DNA of 64,000 nucleotides from Felis catus (Eukaryota): NCBI RefSeq assembly GCF_018350175.1, contig NC_058368.1:140990001-141054000 (forward strand), in the 5' to 3' direction. Made by a program: the position numbers and the translations under genes. A model generated the notes under the pieces. That model worked only from the letters and a program-made list of their open reading frames with translations, had not been told where the DNA came from and did not search any database. Position 1 is the first letter of the stretch. The number at the start of each line of letters is the position of its first letter. Below are positions 61,871-64,000 of the stretch, one piece after another.

Positions 61871-62096
61871 TTTTTTTTTTTTAGTTTTTTTTTTTTAACG
61901 TTTATTTATTTTTGAGACAGAGAGAGACAGAGCATGAACGGGGGAGGGTCAGCGAGAGGGAGACACAGAATCTGAAACAGGCTCCGGGCTCTGAGCTGTC
62001 AGCACAGGGGCCCGATGCGGGGCTCGAACTCACGGACCGCGAGATTGTGACCTGAGCTGAAGTCGGCGCTCAACCGACTGAGCCACCCAGGCGCCC
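61871..62096 (-). mobile_element. Young Can-SINE, followed by a 5'-truncated SINE (about 62118-62208, +)
   Basis: TSD caggactttcagttta. Confidence 0.92.
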
Positions 62097-62633
62097 CAGG
62101 ACTTTCAGTTTAAAAAGGGGTTGTGGAATCTGCTTGGGATTCTGTCTCCCTCTCTCTCTCTGCCCCTCCCCTTGCTCGTGCTCTATGTCTCAATTAAGCC
62201 TAAAAAAATGGTAGTAAGGGGTAAGTCCTAATTAAATTGGAATGAATTGGATGACAATACCATTCAGTGAAAAACTATGGTGCCCTACAGTGGATGCTTT
62301 CTCTGGGAAGTGCTGTCAGGTGTCAGGGAATCATGGACTCTTAGTGATGGAAAGGAGAAAGACCCGTATGTCTGCAAGAAGCTGTGAGAAGTGGGAACTA
62401 TGGCAAACTGGGAAATCTGTGTCCCGTGTGAAAGGAGGTGGCCACACTCAACTTGAAATGAATGTTGACCTGTGGGAGTAAGAGTCCACATGGTCATATG
62501 AGTTGGTTTTTCAAGAGAAGCCTCGTGAGTGAGTGAGTGAGTGAGTGTGTGTGTGGGAGAGAGAGACAGACAAACAGACAGAAACCTACTGATTTTTTAA
62601 TGTTAGCAGCTACTTTTAAAAAATATAAATACT

Positions 62634-62850
62634 GGGGCGCCTGGGTGACTCAGTCAGTTGAGCACCTGACTTCAACTCAGGTCATGATCTCGCGGCTCGT
62701 GAGTTCAGGCCCTGTGTCAGGCTCTGTGCTGACAGCTCAGGGCCTGGAGCCTGTTTCAGATTCTGGGTCTCCCTCTCTCTCTGCCTCTCCCTTGCTTGCA
62801 CTCTCCTCTCTCTGTCTCTCTCTCAAAAATAAATAAACATTAAAAAAACT
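62634..62850 (+). mobile_element. Can-SINE
   Basis: TSD-like aaatataaata. Confidence 0.92.
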
Positions 62851-63089
62851 TTAAATATAAATATTATGCAAGATAGCAAAAGTAACTGCAGGCCGGATTC
62901 CTCTCACAGGCCACTGATTGGTAGCTGCTGATACGGTCTGATATTTCATTTTACACAGTACAGGGAATGCAAAACTAGGAATGAAGGATCCAGGCCTCTT
63001 ATCAAAGGAACTTCAATAACAAACCAATTTCTATACACACTAGTTATTTTGGTGGGGGATGGGTTGGGCAGGGGGCCTGTAAAGGAAAA

Positions 63090-63470
63090 AATTGATCGAG
63101 CACCTACTGTGTTTTAAACAATTACTTAATGATTTCAATGTACAAAATCACACTCACTTTATACAACAGCCCTTTGAGGAGGTTGCTTGATCTTTTTGCC
63201 TGTTTCCTTATGTGTAAAGTAAAAAATAACGGTAAGTCATTCATGGCAAAGATTGGAGGAATCAATTCTTATGAAGTGCTTAGAGCCAGAGAGGAAGAAT
63301 GTGTGGCTGTGATTGTCCATGAGATAGGCATTATCATCCTCCTTATTTAACATATGAAGAAACTGATTTTTCAGAGTTGACCTAACTTGTCCATGATTGT
63401 ACAGCAATAAATCAGAGCCAAGAATTGAACCCTGATTGTCTGACTATAATTATAGACCTCTTTCCCTCTC
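63090..63470. mobile_element. MIR fragments
   Basis: gagcacctactgtg..., atgaagaaactga..., taacttgtccatg. Confidence 0.6.
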
Positions 63471-64000
63471 CAACTAGGCTGGTGTTATAAATTCAAGATA
63501 AGAAAAACAAAAACACAAATAGCCAGTTTTCTCCTTTGGTAATCATTGTACAGACAGTCAAGGTCAGAAGTGAAGTTCTGTGGTATTTCTCTACACTGTC
63601 AGCTGAGTATCATCTACAATGATGGAAGAGAAAACGTTACACAGATAATAGAAATGGTAGATAATAAAAATTTCTCCTTGGGCATTCATTATGCAATTTA
63701 GGGGGGGGCAGCTAATTTATCTTCCTAATTATGTTTTGCTTAAGCTGATTTTAAAATTAGTTTGTTTACCCTGAGCACACACTGATTAACAGCAGGGAGA
63801 GGTGGCCTAGAAACATCTTGGGTGGTGGAGGGATGGTATCTTGAGATTTGGAGGGAATTTACATGGATAATTTTCATGTAGCTATGGCAAGGTAGAAGGT
63901 TAATATGTTGATGGCGCTCTGAGTATAAATTATTATTGTGATTTGTTGTTGGGTGCATTTAAATGTAAGGCTGTGAATTGCAGACCCAGAGAGTTGAGTG

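Larger units (their letters stand above)
12000..64000 (+). ncRNA. Region syntenic to the human ZBED3-AS1 lncRNA (exons not established)
   Basis: Inferred from synteny only. Several strong + strand acceptors are present (12416, 16105, 35797, 47880), but there is no transcript evidence here. Confidence 0.25.

Noticed and set aside
13047..62836. Recurring short ORFs such as MAQSV..TSAQVMIS..SPASGSVLTAQSLEP
   Set aside because: Translations of Can-SINE copies, not a gene family.

Overview
Mammalian genomic DNA, almost certainly a felid (cat family), judged from about 50 tRNA-derived Can-SINEs of the SINEC_Fc type and carnivore L1 3' ends. The one protein-coding gene is ZBED3 on the minus strand. 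Its single coding exon (CDS 2448-3158, 236 aa, BED zinc finger plus coiled coil) is preceded by two predicted non-coding exons (4036-4171 and about 11929-12050) that start in a CpG-rich promoter near 12 kb. Intron 1 hosts the H/ACA snoRNA SNORA47 (5879-6016). The remaining ~52 kb is repeat-rich (SINEs, old L1/L2/MIR, MaLR/ERVL LTRs, hAT and Tigger fossils) and, by human synteny, corresponds to the ZBED3-AS1 interval toward PDE8B. The most unusual structure is a recent, near-perfect 168/169-bp inverted duplication (56172-56339 and 56896-57064) bracketing an old LTR16-type element, with no target-site duplication. Other points of interest are three uORFs packed into ZBED3 exon 2, a poly-Pro tract where mouse Zbed3 has its Axin-binding motif, repeated reuse of the same retrotransposon target sites, two unexplained inserts that may be old retrocopies, and two candidate enhancer/CTCF patches. 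I do not see a new multi-gene system. Repeat family names were assigned from memory of consensus sequences, and boundaries of old repeats are approximate.
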